A program made the translations under genes and the position numbers. From IMG/VR virus record IMGVR_UViG_3300045988_055465, positions 1 through 5,349 of that record: a stretch of 5,349 nt of DNA; one strand, written 5' to 3'. Every line of letters starts with the position of its first letter. The first letter of the stretch is position 1. The notes under the pieces are model-generated. The model searched no databases. It worked only from the letters and a program-made list of their open reading frames with translations, and was not told the origin of the DNA. This DNA is from a virus. Of the stretch, positions 4,666 through 5,349 are shown piece by piece.

Positions 4666-5349
4666 CAGCCGTTTCGCACAGGCTCCACAGGTAGATATAC
4701 AGCGGTCCACCTTTGACCGCTCCAGTGGGCACAAAACGACGTTCAACGCGGGCAAATTAGTGCCCATCTATGTGGACGAGGTTTTACCTGGGGATACATT
4801 CGAAATGAAAACGTCGGCCATTATACGGGGAAGTACGCCTATCTATCCGGTCATGGACAACGCCAACCTGGATATCTATTTCTTCTACGTACCAAACCGT
4901 CTAGTCTGGGACCACTGGAAGGAATTCAACGGCGAAAACACAACCAGCAAATGGGAACAGACTGTAGAATACAGCATCCCGCAGATGGCTCCTCCACCGA
5001 GCAACAATACAAAAGCAGCGGGCTGGGAAAAAGGAACCCTGGCGGACTATATGGGCATTCCTACCCTGGTAGGGCCTGGCGCTTCACAGACCAATCCACA
5101 ATACAGTGTCAACCATCTTCCTTTCCGTGCTTACTGCTTGATATGGAATGAATGGTTTCGAGACCAGAACCTACAAGACCCGGTTTACATCGACACCAGT
5201 GACTCACAGACCAACGGCCAACATCTTCAACCCGAAGAAAGTCTTATATCAGACCAATACCAAGCGGCCTTAGCAGGAGCCAATCTTTTACCGGTAAACA
5301 AATACTTCGACTACTTCACAGGAGCTCTTCCTGAGCCTCAGAAGGGACC
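4649..5349 (+). CDS. Major capsid protein VP1, N-terminal portion. It continues past the window end and re-enters at base 1.
   Basis: AGGAGG (4634-4639) lies 9 nt upstream of ATG 4649. The N-terminus MNRNSNSRFAQAPQVDIQRSTFDRSSGHKTTFNAGKLVPIYVDEVLPGDTFEMKTSAIIRGSTPIYPVMDNANLDIYFFYVPNRLVWDHW is a highly characteristic Microviridae VP1/F N-terminus. There is no stop through 5349. Confidence 0.9.
   Translation, partial: MNRNSNSRFAQAPQVDIQRSTFDRSSGHKTTFNAGKLVPIYVDEVLPGDTFEMKTSAIIRGSTPIYPVMDNANLDIYFFYVPNRLVWDHWKEFNGENTTSKWEQTVEYSIPQMAPPPSNNTKAAGWEKGTLADYMGIPTLVGPGASQTNPQYSVNHLPFRAYCLIWNEWFRDQNLQDPVYIDTSDSQTNGQHLQPEESLISDQYQAALAGANLLPVNKYFDYFTGALPEPQKG
5251..5349. repeat. Terminal redundancy: 5251-5349 is identical (99 of 99) to 1-99. 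This is a circular-genome wrap-around or assembly artefact and defines a 5250-nt unit genome.
   Basis: Base-by-base comparison of the two ends shows they are identical. Base 100 (a) follows in the first copy, and the second copy is cut by the window end. Confidence 0.95.

Noticed and set aside
1-5349. Looked for tRNA/rRNA genes, CRISPR repeats, integrase/transposase genes, att-like repeats and RT/DGR components
   Set aside because: None were found. The only long direct repeat is the terminal wrap-around. No ORF has recombinase or RT motifs, and the replicon is too small and fully occupied by microvirus genes.

Overview
The window is a complete circular Microviridae (gokushovirus-like ssDNA phage) genome of 5250 nt, linearised with a 99-nt terminal redundancy. 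Bases 1-99 are identical to 5251-5349, so the major capsid gene VP1 is split across the window ends: the N-terminal part is 4649..5349 and the C-terminal part is 1..1117, in the same frame because 5250 is divisible by 3. All credible genes are on the + strand and tightly packed with overlapping start and stop codons. In order they are VP1 (major capsid), VP2 (pilot/minor capsid protein with Gln-rich repeats and a Gly/Ser-rich tail), a perfect 15-bp hairpin, VP4 (rolling-circle replication initiator with LTLTYD, HFHVI and YTARYMMKK motifs), and the largest intergenic region. That intergenic region has GC-rich hairpins followed by an A-rich promoter-like tract. After it come three small overlapping ORFs of unknown function, a 38-aa Arg-rich J/VP8-like DNA-binding protein, a 95-aa TTG-initiated ORF, a putative VP3 scaffold, and then VP1 again. 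Every gene has a strong AGGAGG-type Shine-Dalgarno sequence. I found no RNA genes, CRISPR, transposase or integrase. The most interesting regions are the accessory small-ORF module, the structured intergenic region (candidate complementary-strand origin plus early promoter), the hairpin gating the Rep start, and the non-canonical gene order.
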